Positions 52,811 through 64,000 of a stretch of DNA of 64,000 nt are shown here, piece after piece. This DNA comes from Phoronis australis (taxonomy: Eukaryota > Animalia > Phoronida): contig NMRA01000254.1 in assembly GCA_002633005.1 (NCBI GenBank), positions 155,722 to 219,721 on the forward strand. Direction: 5' to 3'. Position numbers and translations under genes: made by a program. Each line of letters starts with the position of its first letter. The first letter of the stretch is position 1. The notes under the pieces were generated by a model that saw nothing but the letters and a program-made list of their open reading frames with translations, made no database searches and was not told the origin of the DNA.

Positions 52811-54046
52811 GCATCATTCCGGTGGAGACGATATCGTTTGAAAAACAAGATGGCAACACAATACTACATCCTCGACTAGATGTACAAACAGTCAACGGGG
52901 CTACACTGTCCAAGGGGAAAGTGGGGAAAGCAATCATGCTCAATGGAAATCGACAGTACGTTGACTTGGGTGACCACTCGGACAAGTGCTATGACAATCT
53001 CGATCTGTGTCCATTTGGACTAACAGTCAGCATGATGGTGAATCCTGATTCGCTTGAAGCTGGGCAAACATTTCTGAGCGGGGATGCTGTTAATGTATTC
53101 TACCGTAATGGACGGACGTATGCAGAGTTCAGCACGAAAGACAAGCGTTGGACGGTGAGTACGACTTCTGTACGTCCAGGACAGTGGAATGAGATTGATC
53201 TCTCGTGGCATCCAGAGAAGGGGCTGGTTATGTATGTGGACGGACAGAGAACGCTAGAGGACACGCAACCGGAAACTGTCTCTGGCAGGTCAACCATCAA
53301 CTACAACATGTTTATCGGCCGGGACAGTCGAGGCAGTCGCCTGTCGTATCCTCGAGCGAAAATAGATGAAGTCCAATTCTGGGGTGCCACACGGGAAGTG
53401 CTCCAAGCCCATGGCTACAAGCATGGGGCTGATGTGTACAAGGAAGAAATGAACTTGGACAAGATAGAGAACAATAAGGTGGAAAATACCAAGAGACAGG
53501 TGACTGTTTTTGGGAATCCCCAGGTTGTGTCAGGGGTCATAGGTCAGGCGGTGCTCTTGAATGGCAGGAACCAGTATTTGGACTTGGGATCAAATATCAC
53601 GTGCTTGGAAGGGAACATGGAAGGCTGTCTAGAGGGGTACACACTTCGCATGAGGGTGAATCCGCAGACCCTAGAGAGTAATACATACCTTGTGTCAAGT
53701 CAACCGCTGGATGTCTACTACAAGAACTCTAAATTGTACGCTGTGTTCCGAACAGCAGACAAGGTGTGGATAACATCTACAGATAAGCTGGAAAGCGACG
53801 AATGGAATTTACTGGACATCACGTGGGATAACGAGAATGGTGTTCGTATCTTCAAGGATAGCAAGGAGGTGGGAGAACAGATGTTTCCGGAGCGTAATGA
53901 CGAAGGCGTGGACGTGAAACGGCACTTCTACATTGGGCGGTCCAACACAGATACATTGAATGAAAAGTACTTGGATGCAAAATTGGACGATGTCCAAATA
54001 TGGAATGCCAAAAGGGATATCCTTGTCAGCCAAGGTCTTTTCACTG
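52811..54046 (+). CDS. NRXN: Neurexin-like exon 7: LamG3-like domains 5 and 6
   Basis: ttttag acceptor. Two repeats: CYDNLDLCPFGLT...IDEVQFW and CLEGNMEGCLEGYT...LDDVQIW. Donor G|gtacgt. 1236 nt, phase 1-1. Confidence 0.9.
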
Positions 54047-54644
54047 GTACGTAGAGGCTGAAAGAATTCTCGATTCACATATATCATTTTAAGTGGATGC
54101 CATTTTATATTTGTTAAGTCCCATAGCCCCACAATTTCGCATTTTGGTTTTGTTATCTCTTGATGCTTTTGTTTACAACATAAATGACCAACTTAGAGTG
54201 CTAAAGTGTTAGTCAACGTGTATAGAGCATCAACATGAAAAGGTACATATCTATCGTTTTACCTTGACCTGTACTATCATTTTTTATTATTAAATTCTTT
54301 ATTGTCAGTTTCTGTAACTTACAGTAAAATCTCACTAATTTTGGACAAAAACGATTGCCTGGCTATTTTTCAAGGGCATATCCGATCACTGCTGTGAATT
54401 CCCACACTGTTTTTGAGATAATTTCTAATCGTAACTGTGACAGAGAACTTGAACGTGGTAAAGTATAGATTAAGTGGCACATATATTTTAGGAAAAAAAT
54501 TGAGACTGAAAGTCCATTTTTGTGCCAAATTGATGAGATTTTACCATAGGTTATTTCAAGGAACCCGGCTCTTACTGTCCACATCCTCTTATATTATGAT
54601 CCCGTGTGTTACTGATAAGCTCTGTGCCCCGTTTCCCATTTTAG

Positions 54645-54662
54645 ATGGAAAGACAGTCGACG
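54645..54662 (+). CDS. NRXN: Neurexin-like candidate 18-nt microexon (DGKTVD)
   Basis: ccccgtttcccattttag|ATGGAAAGACAGTCGACG|gtatgt. Frame-preserving, phase 1-1, no stop. Confidence 0.55.
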
Positions 54663-55971
54663 GTATGTTCCCCACTGAAATCTTTGAACTTATCCAACGC
54701 AATTCCTCATCTTTGTTTTATTTCATCTAAGCTTTAATTACACATCTGATTTTTACTCCGGGTAGCATTTCTTGGAATTTTGTAGGTCGGCGAAATGATT
54801 ATTTTTTTCAAAGTCGAACGATTCTCTAGGTGCCTTGTTTTTACTTGCATTGTCAATTGACAGTAATACCTATGGATATCCTCCGAAATGTTACCCGAAA
54901 AAATGCACCAAAGATTTGATTTCTAACATTCATTCTCGAAGTGACTTCTGAACTCTATGATTTGTAGTGTTTCTTAACCTTTCTTTTTCATTCTTAAATG
55001 AGAGTTTTATTTTCTGTGATGTTGTCTATTCATGTTTGGTGTATTGATTGTTGATTGTTACTTATTTTAAAAAATAATTTTGACTTCTACTGTTATCTCT
55101 CCTTTAGTGACGATTTTCTAAACAAGTGCACAAAAAATGGAGACATTTTGATTTTTTTTCCAAAATGAATGGAATCAACACACTGTTACTTAACCCTTCC
55201 ATCTGCTGAACTATAGCAAAGCAAATTGGCGTTTATATCAGACAGGCCCCTCAATGCCTCGATTATAGGGTCGAATATCCGCTCCATTTCCCTGTGACAA
55301 ACAGTTTAATATCATGTGACATTACCCTCATTAAGCCCAAAAATTTGGTTTCATTAATTAAAAATCTCCCCAAGCTTAGGATCTCTTTTAACTCACGCAA
55401 CTTCTCAAATTTGTGGTGACGGAGGTGAGGGATTCTACTCTCGTCTGAAAAAATTCCCCTCAGAAGGTACAGGCACCTTTCCCCTCAGGTTTGCGAGGGC
55501 TCTGTCAGATTATGGATTGTCAGTATCACGAGAATGCTTTTATGACCGATTATACTACTTGTGAATGGATATGGAAAAAAATCTGCGCGTCTCTTAAACT
55601 GTAATGTGCCAGTCATGATGGAAACTGTCAAAATAGTATATGTGTAGGAAAGCTCATGGAAAATGAAAAACCGGCAAATATTCATAGAAAACTAGTGGAT
55701 AGTTCTTAATTTTTTTACTGCAGTTAACCTAATTTTGCAAGTCATGTCTCAAGAATTTTTAATTCACTTATGCTTTGGAACTCTTTTTGCAAAAATGACT
55801 TGTTAATTTGTCTTGGTCTATTCTTTGTTTAAGAAATATCTCCTAGAATACAGGCAAGGTAAACATTCCTTGAAAAGTGAAAATATATTGGAGTGGAAAG
55901 CTGTGTAGAATGTAAGTTTTTTCCTCTCCACATTAATTTCATAAATCATTGTGCTCTTGGTTATATTACAG

Positions 55972-56023
55972 AGCCCAACTTCACTTGGATTTATCCACCT
56001 GATTCCAGAAAAGGTTTTGTTAG
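55972..56023 (+). CDS. NRXN: Neurexin-like exon: start of LNS2
   Basis: ttacag acceptor. EPNFTWIYPPDSRKGFVR. Donor AG|gtaagc. Its phase 1-to-2 change is needed to join the next exon in frame. Confidence 0.8.
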
Positions 56024-56751
56024 GTAAGCACTACTACTAATGGCAACCCGGGCCCGTGACCACTAAAACTGTACGTGAGACTCGATTTGAAAATGAAGCT
56101 GAATCGTGTGTGTTGCTTCGGGGTCCGTAAACTGTATTCAGTAGACTCATGAACTTAACGAAAATGCAGTCATACAAACCATTGAGAGGTGTCATTTATT
56201 ACAACTGGAGCACGTGATCATACTTACCTAGCATTTCTCATGAACGCCTTAGGTCTATGGATCGCAGCCCTGAGTCAGTCTCCATTGGAGAGATTTATGT
56301 TAGCGCGGCCTCTCTCGGGATCCTCAACAATTTGGAAGATCGACCATTTCTTACTGATGAACGAATTTGCAGTACCGTAATTTAGTTGAAAATGCCATTT
56401 TTTATACATTGAAAAATTCACAGTTATTTTTCAAACTTTATTTCCTTGCTACTTGGTAGAATGCAATAATGACTCCTTTTTCAAAAAAAAAATGAGTTGT
56501 TACAAACTGCAGCTTAGTACTTGTTAGGCATAGTGCTGGGTACAAACAAACCCAAAGGAATGAGTAAATTTATATGACTCTGCATAAATTGTGGTATTTT
56601 GCATTTTGCCAGTCTGTACCTGTCAAAATAATGATTGATCGATCTTAAAGGAACCATCAGTTTCCAGTTGTTTTTGTTCTGTGTTTAAATTACTTCTCAT
56701 CACTTCGCTCCTCCAATTTATTTCATCATGTGGCATTATCTCCATTTTCAG

Positions 56752-56893
56752 GTTCGACTTCACCGAATTGCCTGATAAATATACAGGTCGAAATACCAGG
56801 GAAGAGATGCATGTCACGTTCAAGTCAAATTATCGCGATGGTCTAATATGGTTGAATGGAGATGAAAACCAGAAAGCCTTTTTAACTCTCAAA
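56752..56893 (+). CDS. NRXN: Neurexin-like exon: LNS2
   Basis: ttttcag acceptor. FDF...EEMHVTFKSNYRDGLIWLNG...LTLK. Donor gtaaga. Confidence 0.88.
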
Positions 56894-57793
56894 GTAAGAT
56901 GTTTTTACTGAAGGGGATTATAAGATCTGACCATAGATGGCAGCAGTAGCAGCCTAATTCTGATTGGTTACACTTGATTTTCTCACTCGTCATACTTCGG
57001 TTTAGCAAAGTCCTGGCTAATAAGACATCTGATTGGTTTATGAGCTGAAACTTGTCGAGAGAGAAAATCAAATGCAGCTGTTGTATACTGTTGTCTGATA
57101 CAAACAACTTGTCTTGTCTAATACAAGTTTCAAATTGGGAATTTTTATCAGACAGCACGTTATTTGCTTCCAGAGAGTGTCCACAGGGTCACCCTAGCTT
57201 CGTGCTTTATTAAAAAATTATTTAAGATAGTTTCAGTGTTTCTTTGGGCTTAGTTGAAGGTGTGTTGCCTTTCCCCTGTGAACAGTTCACCTAAACATAA
57301 TTCTCTCAGTAAGAATGTTCAAATGTCTTAGTGACCTGAGAAAAATTGATATGAATGTCAACGCTCTTATTTTAACTTAATTTCGTTGTCAATGTAAGTA
57401 TTGTTAGTCTGTTACTTGCCAATCATTAACAATATCACAAGATTTATTATTATCTCAAGCATGTAATTCTGCCCCTAACAGAAGCAAATTAGACTGTGTA
57501 AAGTTCCTTGATGTGACCAACAGGTGGCATGTAAGAAACCTATATAACTTATTGCAGTTTTTTAAAAAAATGAGTTGCCAAATTTCATTGAAATTTCTGT
57601 GGCCTTGTTACCATTACAGAAAAAAATTGATGAAAAAATAAAGCTAAATCGTTTGAAAATCAACTGAGCAAATGTTTGCTTTACAATTTGGCTGATTTCC
57701 AACAAGGATATTTTTTTCTATTTTTTAGAAGTTGTTAACTGTATTATGTCGCCCGGTAGATATATAATGACTTGTTTGTCTCCATATTTTCAG

Positions 57794-57925
57794 GATGGTA
57801 ATCTGGTACTGGTATTTGATTATGGTAACAATGTGAACGACACCATTGTATTACGACCAACAGATGGCAGCAGGTTCAGCGACAACAGAGTTCACAACGT
57901 GGTCATCACCCGAAATGGACAGAAT
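57794..57925 (+). CDS. NRXN: Neurexin-like exon: LNS2
   Basis: ttttcag acceptor. DGNLVLVFDYG...RFSDNRVHNVVITRNGQN (compare NRXN1 KFNDNAWHDVKVTRNLRQ, recalled from memory). Donor gtatga. Confidence 0.88.
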
Positions 57926-58584
57926 GTATGATGATTTTTTCTTGTCAAATGACTCCAACATTCACACAGTCCAAAAAAACATAAATTTGTGTTCGACATT
58001 GAAATGATAGGTCAAATTGTCTCTCAAGTTTCTTTGTTTCTTTTGGTAAAAATGTGATAGATTGGAAAGTTTCACTACTTCTAGAAAACCAGTGCTGTAT
58101 CCTTATTCACCTATAGAGGGAGTGGTTGTTTGTTTGCATGATAAGCAATACCAGGCAAGGTCGTAAGTGGACTTGGCAAGCTACAAAAACACTGCCTTTG
58201 ACAACTACGTAACTATGATTGTAGGTGTTTGACTAGGCTGTTCACAGCTAACTGCCCTCAAGAGGGAGAACTGTGGTTTTGTCATCAAATTTTTGAAATA
58301 AAACAAATATATAATGGTGAATCCATAATAGTATGCACACAGTGTTTTCCTGAGGTTGTTGTTAGCCAATCATCAGGCAAACTGACCCCGAATCCTTGTC
58401 ATAATGGCTGAACTCAAAACAGAATTCATAACGTAGTTGTCGCTCGCAATGGTGGAGAATAAGAGGGAATTAGTGGAATGCGAACATTAAGTTTGGCTTT
58501 TACTTTCCTATACTTGTGAACATTTCCAGCAATTTGCATCATTTGTTACAATGAGATGGTTATGAAACTGAATTAAATTTCCAG

Positions 58585-58743
58585 GTTGACATCAATGTGG
58601 ATGAGAAATATCGCACCTCAGGTAGGACTCGCCGCCCGTACAGGTTTAACAACCCATCCTTTGCGTACATAGGTGGCACCACTGATACGGAAAAGTTTAC
58701 AAACAAGTTGGTCAGGGACAACTTTCTTGGTACACTAACAAAT
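58585..58743 (+). CDS. NRXN: Neurexin-like exon: end of LNS2
   Basis: tttccag acceptor. VDINVDE...AYIGG...DNFLGTLTN. Donor gtaagt. Confidence 0.88.
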
Positions 58744-59020
58744 GTAAGTTGTGCTGTATTTGGGATGATTTGAAGCAAACAGAATTTTTATGTACTGTAC
58801 ATATTATCAATGAATAGGATCAAAAATATTTTGTATTTTGTTTTTATTTTTTAGGTAATAAATAATATGTTGTTTCAAGTTCAACAATGTGCAAGAAGTT
58901 TTAACATTATTTTATGAAACTTGATGAATCAATAATGGTGATGATAAGCAAGTATCATTGGTTTACTGTTTGCATGTGCTGTTAATTTTTTCTGTATTTG
59001 TTATACATTCCGTTTTGCAG

Positions 59021-59846
59021 TTCAAGATAATTGGCGATGTGTCGACCTTTGACCTCATGAAGTACGTCCACCAGTATCCTATCCCGGATGATCTAGCGGT
59101 GAAGGAGAAAATCATCTTCATTCCAGAGCTGCGTGGAAAGCTCAAATCCATATCGTCACCGGTGACGTTCAAGACACCAGAGGCACACTTGAGAGTGCCT
59201 GGGTGGGACCCCACACAGCCTGACAGTAATCTCTCCATTGCCTTTACCACTGTTGAACCCAACGGTCTGCTTTTGTACCAACCTGGGGCTTTGGGTACCA
59301 ATGATTACCTAGCTCTGGAACTGTATGATGGAAAACTTCACGCGGTGGTCGCGATGGATGGAACAGTGATGCGGGAAGAAGTATCAGAGAAACGCGTTGA
59401 TGATGGCCGCCCTCATGACACCATCGTTGAACAAGATGGAAATGCACTGAGGGTATCCCTCGATCCTCGCGGTGCAGCTGTTCTCAGGAGTGGAATTACA
59501 CGGAGAGCCGTAGGTAACGTTGCTCGACTCTACCTGGGTAATGTCGATAACCTCAATTTGGGCTCCAGCATTTATTTGGGCGGATATCCTGGGGAACTGC
59601 CTTGGCATATATGGTCCAGAAATGGATTTGTTGGTTGTATTGAGCGCCTGGACAAGGATGGCGATCCTGTCGATTTGGAGGGACCATTCAGACAACAGAA
59701 TCCAAGAAATGCAGAACTTCGCTGTCTGGACATGCCTGATAGGTGTCGCTCTCGACCGTGTATCCGTGGTGTCTGCGAAGAGTTCTGGCTTAAGTTCATG
59801 TGTGACTGCTCTTCTACTGACTACACAGATCAACGCTGCAACAGAT
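59021..59846 (+). CDS. NRXN: Neurexin-like exon: LNS3 and EGF2
   Basis: ttttgcag acceptor. PVTFKTPEA, TVEPNGLLLY, DYLALELYDGKL, GFVGCI, then EGF CRSRPCIRGVCEEFWLKFMCDCSSTDYTDQRC. Donor T|gtaagt. Confidence 0.93.
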
Positions 59847-60825
59847 GTAAGTATTAACAGACATCTGATTTTCAACTCTTTACTGCGGAGCAAGATGGCC
59901 AGTTTGACAATGACAGCCAATTTCTTTCATGCTCGGACAACTTACATTGAAAATTTTTTTGTAAATCTTTAATTTTGAACATTCTGCTTCTCAACTGTGG
60001 TAATTTGACACTGCAAGTATTGTGTCGCCATCTAGTGGCAGTTTACAGATAATACTTCTTTGTGTTGCTGCTTTATCAGAAAATGTGTTTTGAGGTCGTT
60101 GATAGGCCAAGTCAAAACTGAAACTGCATGCGTCTTGTTTGTAACACTTCTGTTGACCTGTACTGTAAACCTGTTGGCTAAAATTTATTTTAATCAACTC
60201 GTACTTCAAATGCGAGTTGTTAAGCTCTGGTTTATCCCAGTTTTCTTTATTTGGAAACTCGAGATTTTCATAAACTTCTCGTTCCTGTGTGTTGTGTTTG
60301 TCTTGTTACTCTTATGAGAAACCAAGGTTATATACCGAGGAAAAATTCATTATTACGGAGCCTTAGCTATCCAGTCTTTACTGACCATTGAGCAGCGATT
60401 TTTGTTGATGTAATGAACGAAGAGACTCAATACAGTCCTGAAAACATGGAGTAATACTCTGTAATGTCTACAACACAATAGCCCATTCCACTCAAACAAC
60501 AGACTAACAAAAGACTATTCACAGCTCACTGCACACAATCCTCAAGTTAGAGGTATTTTAATGTCCACCTAATTTCACAAGTCTACTGAGCAGTGCCATG
60601 TGAGTGTACGAAACAAGATCTCACGTTCGCGAAATGCTCAAATCACCAGCAATTTTGCAAAATTGGGTGTAGTCCAGTGTAATGAATTCAAGATATCATT
60701 CGACTTATAGATTCATCTCTTTGTGAGAGAATCTTGCCACCTAGCATGTTTTACACTGACACTCACTCTGTAGTCTAAGAGTAGTTTTCCTAACTTCATG
60801 TGCAGTTGTGACACGTGTCTTACAG

Positions 60826-61043
60826 TGGCCCCTGTTGGTAATTTTGATGGCAAGGAGTATAACCACATCAAGAAGGACAATATTGTGCTTGCTCATGTGA
60901 ATGACATATCCATGCGGTTTAAAACTAAGCAAAGTCGTGGAACACTGCTGTCGACGACCACGCCGTATGGCGATCTCTACTATAGAATAGATGTAGAGGA
61001 CGGAAGAGCAAAAATCACCACGAATCTCGGTGGAGAAACTAAG
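60826..61043 (+). CDS. NRXN: Neurexin-like exon: LNS4 part 1
   Basis: ttacag acceptor. FDGKEY...NDISMRFKT...GRAKITTNLG. Donor gtatgt. Confidence 0.9.
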
Positions 61044-61277
61044 GTATGTATTTCTGTGATATGCTGTTGGAAGTCCCCTTATCTTTAAAGGTACTTCCCA
61101 TATCTTGTTCTTAACTGAGTTTAAAATAGAATCCTGGGCACGAGTGAAGCTGACACTGTGTTACTGCTTAAAAATGTATTTGCATGCTCCTAACTATAGC
61201 AGGAACTAAATGACAGTGCTATTTGAACTTCATATACTCTAAATAAAATGCAGTATTATTCCCCAACACCACGTCAT

Positions 61278-61451
61278 GATACTTACTGGACACAATTGAG
61301 TGATTTACAGCGGATCATTTTCGACACAAAACTCGTTCTCAAAATCACTTGGCAATTTTCAATCTACTTCATATTAACATGGTCACTATAGGTTTCTAAC
61401 TAATTTGACCTAGCAATCATAGAGATAAGGAATTAGCGCTCAAGTTCCACT
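61278..61451. mobile_element. Dispersed repeat with a Kolobok-like end, copy 2
   Basis: Similar to 42050-42237. A possible left end TTAA|AGGTACTT lies at ~61085. Confidence 0.6.
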
Positions 61452-61843
61452 TTAAGGCGAGGTTCCACTAATTGTCGTTTCGTATGCTGAGTCACGTCTC
61501 GAGCAATAATGAGCTCTCAGTTCTTATCAAGCCTAGAAGCCACTTTTTATCTGCATGAGGGACAATTTGACACCAGTTTTATAACAACGCGTTGTTTACA
61601 CAATGGAAGTTTATAGCTCCTTAACATTTCCACTTCTACCATTTTTTTTTCAAACGTGGCGAACTGTCCGTTCTGTTAAAACCCAAGAATCACTTTGAAG
61701 TTATCCAAGGAACAATTTTAGACCAATTTCATAAATAATTTCAATTTGTAAGTGATCAAAATCATAAATTATTTTTAATTTTTTTGGTGGGAAGCGAGTT
61801 AGCTGCCATTGACCAATCTTATTACTGCTTTATGATTTTGCAG

Positions 61844-61952
61844 ACATTGTACGCGGGACGCAATATTAATGACAACAATTGGCACACGCTGAAGGTCAGG
61901 CGAAGGGCAAATAACTTGGAATTATGGGTAGACGATGAAAGCAGCATTAGCA
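61844..61952 (+). CDS. NRXN: Neurexin-like exon: LNS4 part 2 (not in the ORF track)
   Basis: ttttgcag acceptor. TLYAGRNINDNNWHTLKVRRRANNLELWVDD (compare NRXN1 [22 protein letters not shown], recalled from memory). Donor A|gtaagt. Confidence 0.92.
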
Positions 61953-62237
61953 GTAAGTCATAACCAATATTTAACACTCCTACATTATTTACTTTCATGA
62001 CTTTGTCTAAAGCTGTTGACATGTTGGCTGTGAAGCAACAATTTGAGTTGATTCAAAATCAACAGCTTTGAACTAGTCAGCATACACATACTTTCCATAA
62101 TTATTGCAACTACATCGCAGGGCCCTAGGCCATCCCACTGTACTCGAGGCTCTACTGAAAAATTGGCCCTATCATACAGCAAGCTTTGATTCAACTAAAG
62201 TTTCACGAGATGTGATTGGTTAATTTTGTTGTTACAG

Positions 62238-62993
62238 CCATTCTTGCTGGTAAGGATTACAAGATGACGATGAAAGATATATACATTGGTGCCCTCATGC
62301 CACCCAGAAGTCAAACTGCGTCAAATATATTCCTGGGTCACGTAAAGAACGTCATCATTGATGGTGTAAAGTATTTCGACGTCGTCGGTGGCTGGCCCAA
62401 CATTCCTGGCACCAACATCACTGGTAAACCGCCGAGTCGTCGTGAAACACCGCAGCCATTGAATCCCAGTACGTTCAAAACACCAGAGGCCCATGTGACC
62501 CTGACCCAGCTGACTCGGGGAACTCGGTTGGCTCTCATGTTCAAAACCAAAGAACCGAACGGCCTGATCATGTACAACGGTCCAGCTCGTGGCTATGATG
62601 ATTTCCTTGCTCTGGAATTGCGGAACGGCAACCTGGTCTATACGTTCAACACAGGCGGAAAAATTTCCATGATTGTTGCACGTACGCGGGCGCCACTTAA
62701 TGACGACCAGTGGCATTATGTTGAGATCACGCAGCCAAATGAGTTAAAGACAGTGATGGTGGTGGATGACGCCGTGCAAGAGATTAGGAACTCTGCGTCT
62801 GACCCAGATTTCAATTTTGGCGGGAAACTCTACCTTGGTGGAATGCCCGAGGACATGTACGATGAACTGCCAAGCATTCTGGACTCACGTACGGGCTTTA
62901 AGGGTTGTTTGGCATCACTGGATCTGGATGGCCGCGTGCCCAACCTGTTCACTGACACGTTGACTAGACACCCGAAAGTGGCTGAGGGATGTG
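62238..62993 (+). CDS. NRXN: Neurexin-like exon: end of LNS4 and LNS5
   Basis: ttacag acceptor. FKTKEPNGLIMYN, DFLALELRNG, PLNDDQWHYV, LYLGG, GFKGCLASLDLDGR, EGC. Donor G|gtaagt. Confidence 0.93.
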
Positions 62994-63837
62994 GTAAGTT
63001 AGGTTACATGATTCATTTGAAAGGTGTCTTGCGATTTCGTCGAGGTCACATCACGTGATCATGGTAATGTTATCTGACAGTGCTCGCCACTTGTTACAAA
63101 GTACCAAAATGGCTATGTTTTAATGCTGAATTATGGGAGGAAATGGTACATAAACACACAGGATACTACGTCAGGGGACTCCCATCCTTTTTTACTTTTC
63201 CCAGGACGTGTTTCATTGGGTATATCAGCCTGCCACACCTCTGTCAAGTCAAGCCACAAACTATCCGTGCAGTGCATGGGACTGCGCTAATGGCGATAAC
63301 GGTTTCTATGAAATGCTTTTTGGCAACACGTAATAGGTTTCAAAATGTCCTGGACAACAAAATTCAACAAAGTTTCGATGCACAAAACTACGACAAAATA
63401 TCCATTTTATTGTCCGCAAGTGTCTAATTCTGGCTAAATCTCAACAAAATCTCAACAGCTGTTGCTCCAAGCATGTTGCCAAAATAGCAACAAGTTTGAT
63501 GCGTAAGTCCATTCATAAATAAATAATTAATTGCTAGATGCAAAAACGTTACATTAGCTCTTACAAAAGTTCAACAAAACACCATTTTATTGCGCCTAAA
63601 GTTTGACAAAACTGTCAAGTAATTCAAATTGACAGAATCTGGCAAAGTTGTGTCGAAGAGTGTCTAGTTTATTTTGAAAACCGGTGTATTTGTAGACAGG
63701 TGTGTTTTGCTCTTCACGATAGCAATGCAGTGTGCAGTGTTTTAAAGGAATGAATTCGTTGGTTGCAATGCAAAGGGAGGTTGAAATTGATGATCCTACA
63801 TCTGTTGCGCCTGACGAAAGTTGAATTTATTTTGCAG

Positions 63838-63942
63838 GTAACTTCTGCGATGAGGACACCTGCCTTAACGGTGGTCGTTGTCTGCCGAATGACAAGTGTG
63901 ACTGTTCACTTACCTCCTACACTGGAGAGTTCTGCAGTCAGC
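63838..63942 (+). CDS. NRXN: Neurexin-like exon: EGF3 (gene continues beyond the window)
   Basis: ttttgcag acceptor. GNFCDEDTCLNGGRCLPNDKCDCSLTSYTGEFCSQ. Donor C|gtatgt. Confidence 0.9.
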
Positions 63943-64000
63943 GTATGTTTGACCCGTAACGGCTATTAGTTGCTATAAATTGCATCTTGGCGATTTCAAC

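Noticed and set aside
46829-54046. LamG3 cassette as an independent nested gene
   Set aside because: No start or signal-peptide exon and no terminal stop exon were found. Both ends are phase-1 splice sites compatible with the flanking neurexin exons. It is not formally excluded without cDNA.
49120-62716. Antisense and alternative-frame ORFs over the neurexin exons
   Set aside because: They are shadows of GC-richer coding exons with no domain signatures.

Overview
Intron-rich, AT-rich animal (invertebrate) genomic DNA, not prokaryotic. There are two divergently oriented protein-coding genes. (1) On the - strand, a Dmrt/doublesex-family exon encoding a divergent DM domain (1510-1729). (2) On the + strand, a large alpha-neurexin-like gene running from ATG 28088 past the window end, with 17 exons traced here by GT/AG sites and phase continuity (about 2380 aa in the window). 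Its domain order is signal peptide-LNS1-EGF1-[six Laminin_G_3/pentraxin-like domains]-LNS2-LNS3-EGF2-LNS4-LNS5-EGF3. This is the canonical alpha-neurexin scaffold plus a 1294-aa cassette of phase-1 symmetric exons and an 18-nt microexon at the position equivalent to vertebrate splice site 1, and it is the most interesting signal in the window. Intergenic and intronic DNA holds a fold-back Kolobok/THAP transposon derivative, several MITEs, a TATCGATA-array fold-back element, repeats containing a tRNA-like segment, and a decayed minimal hammerhead motif. All calls were made by eye with no database searches.
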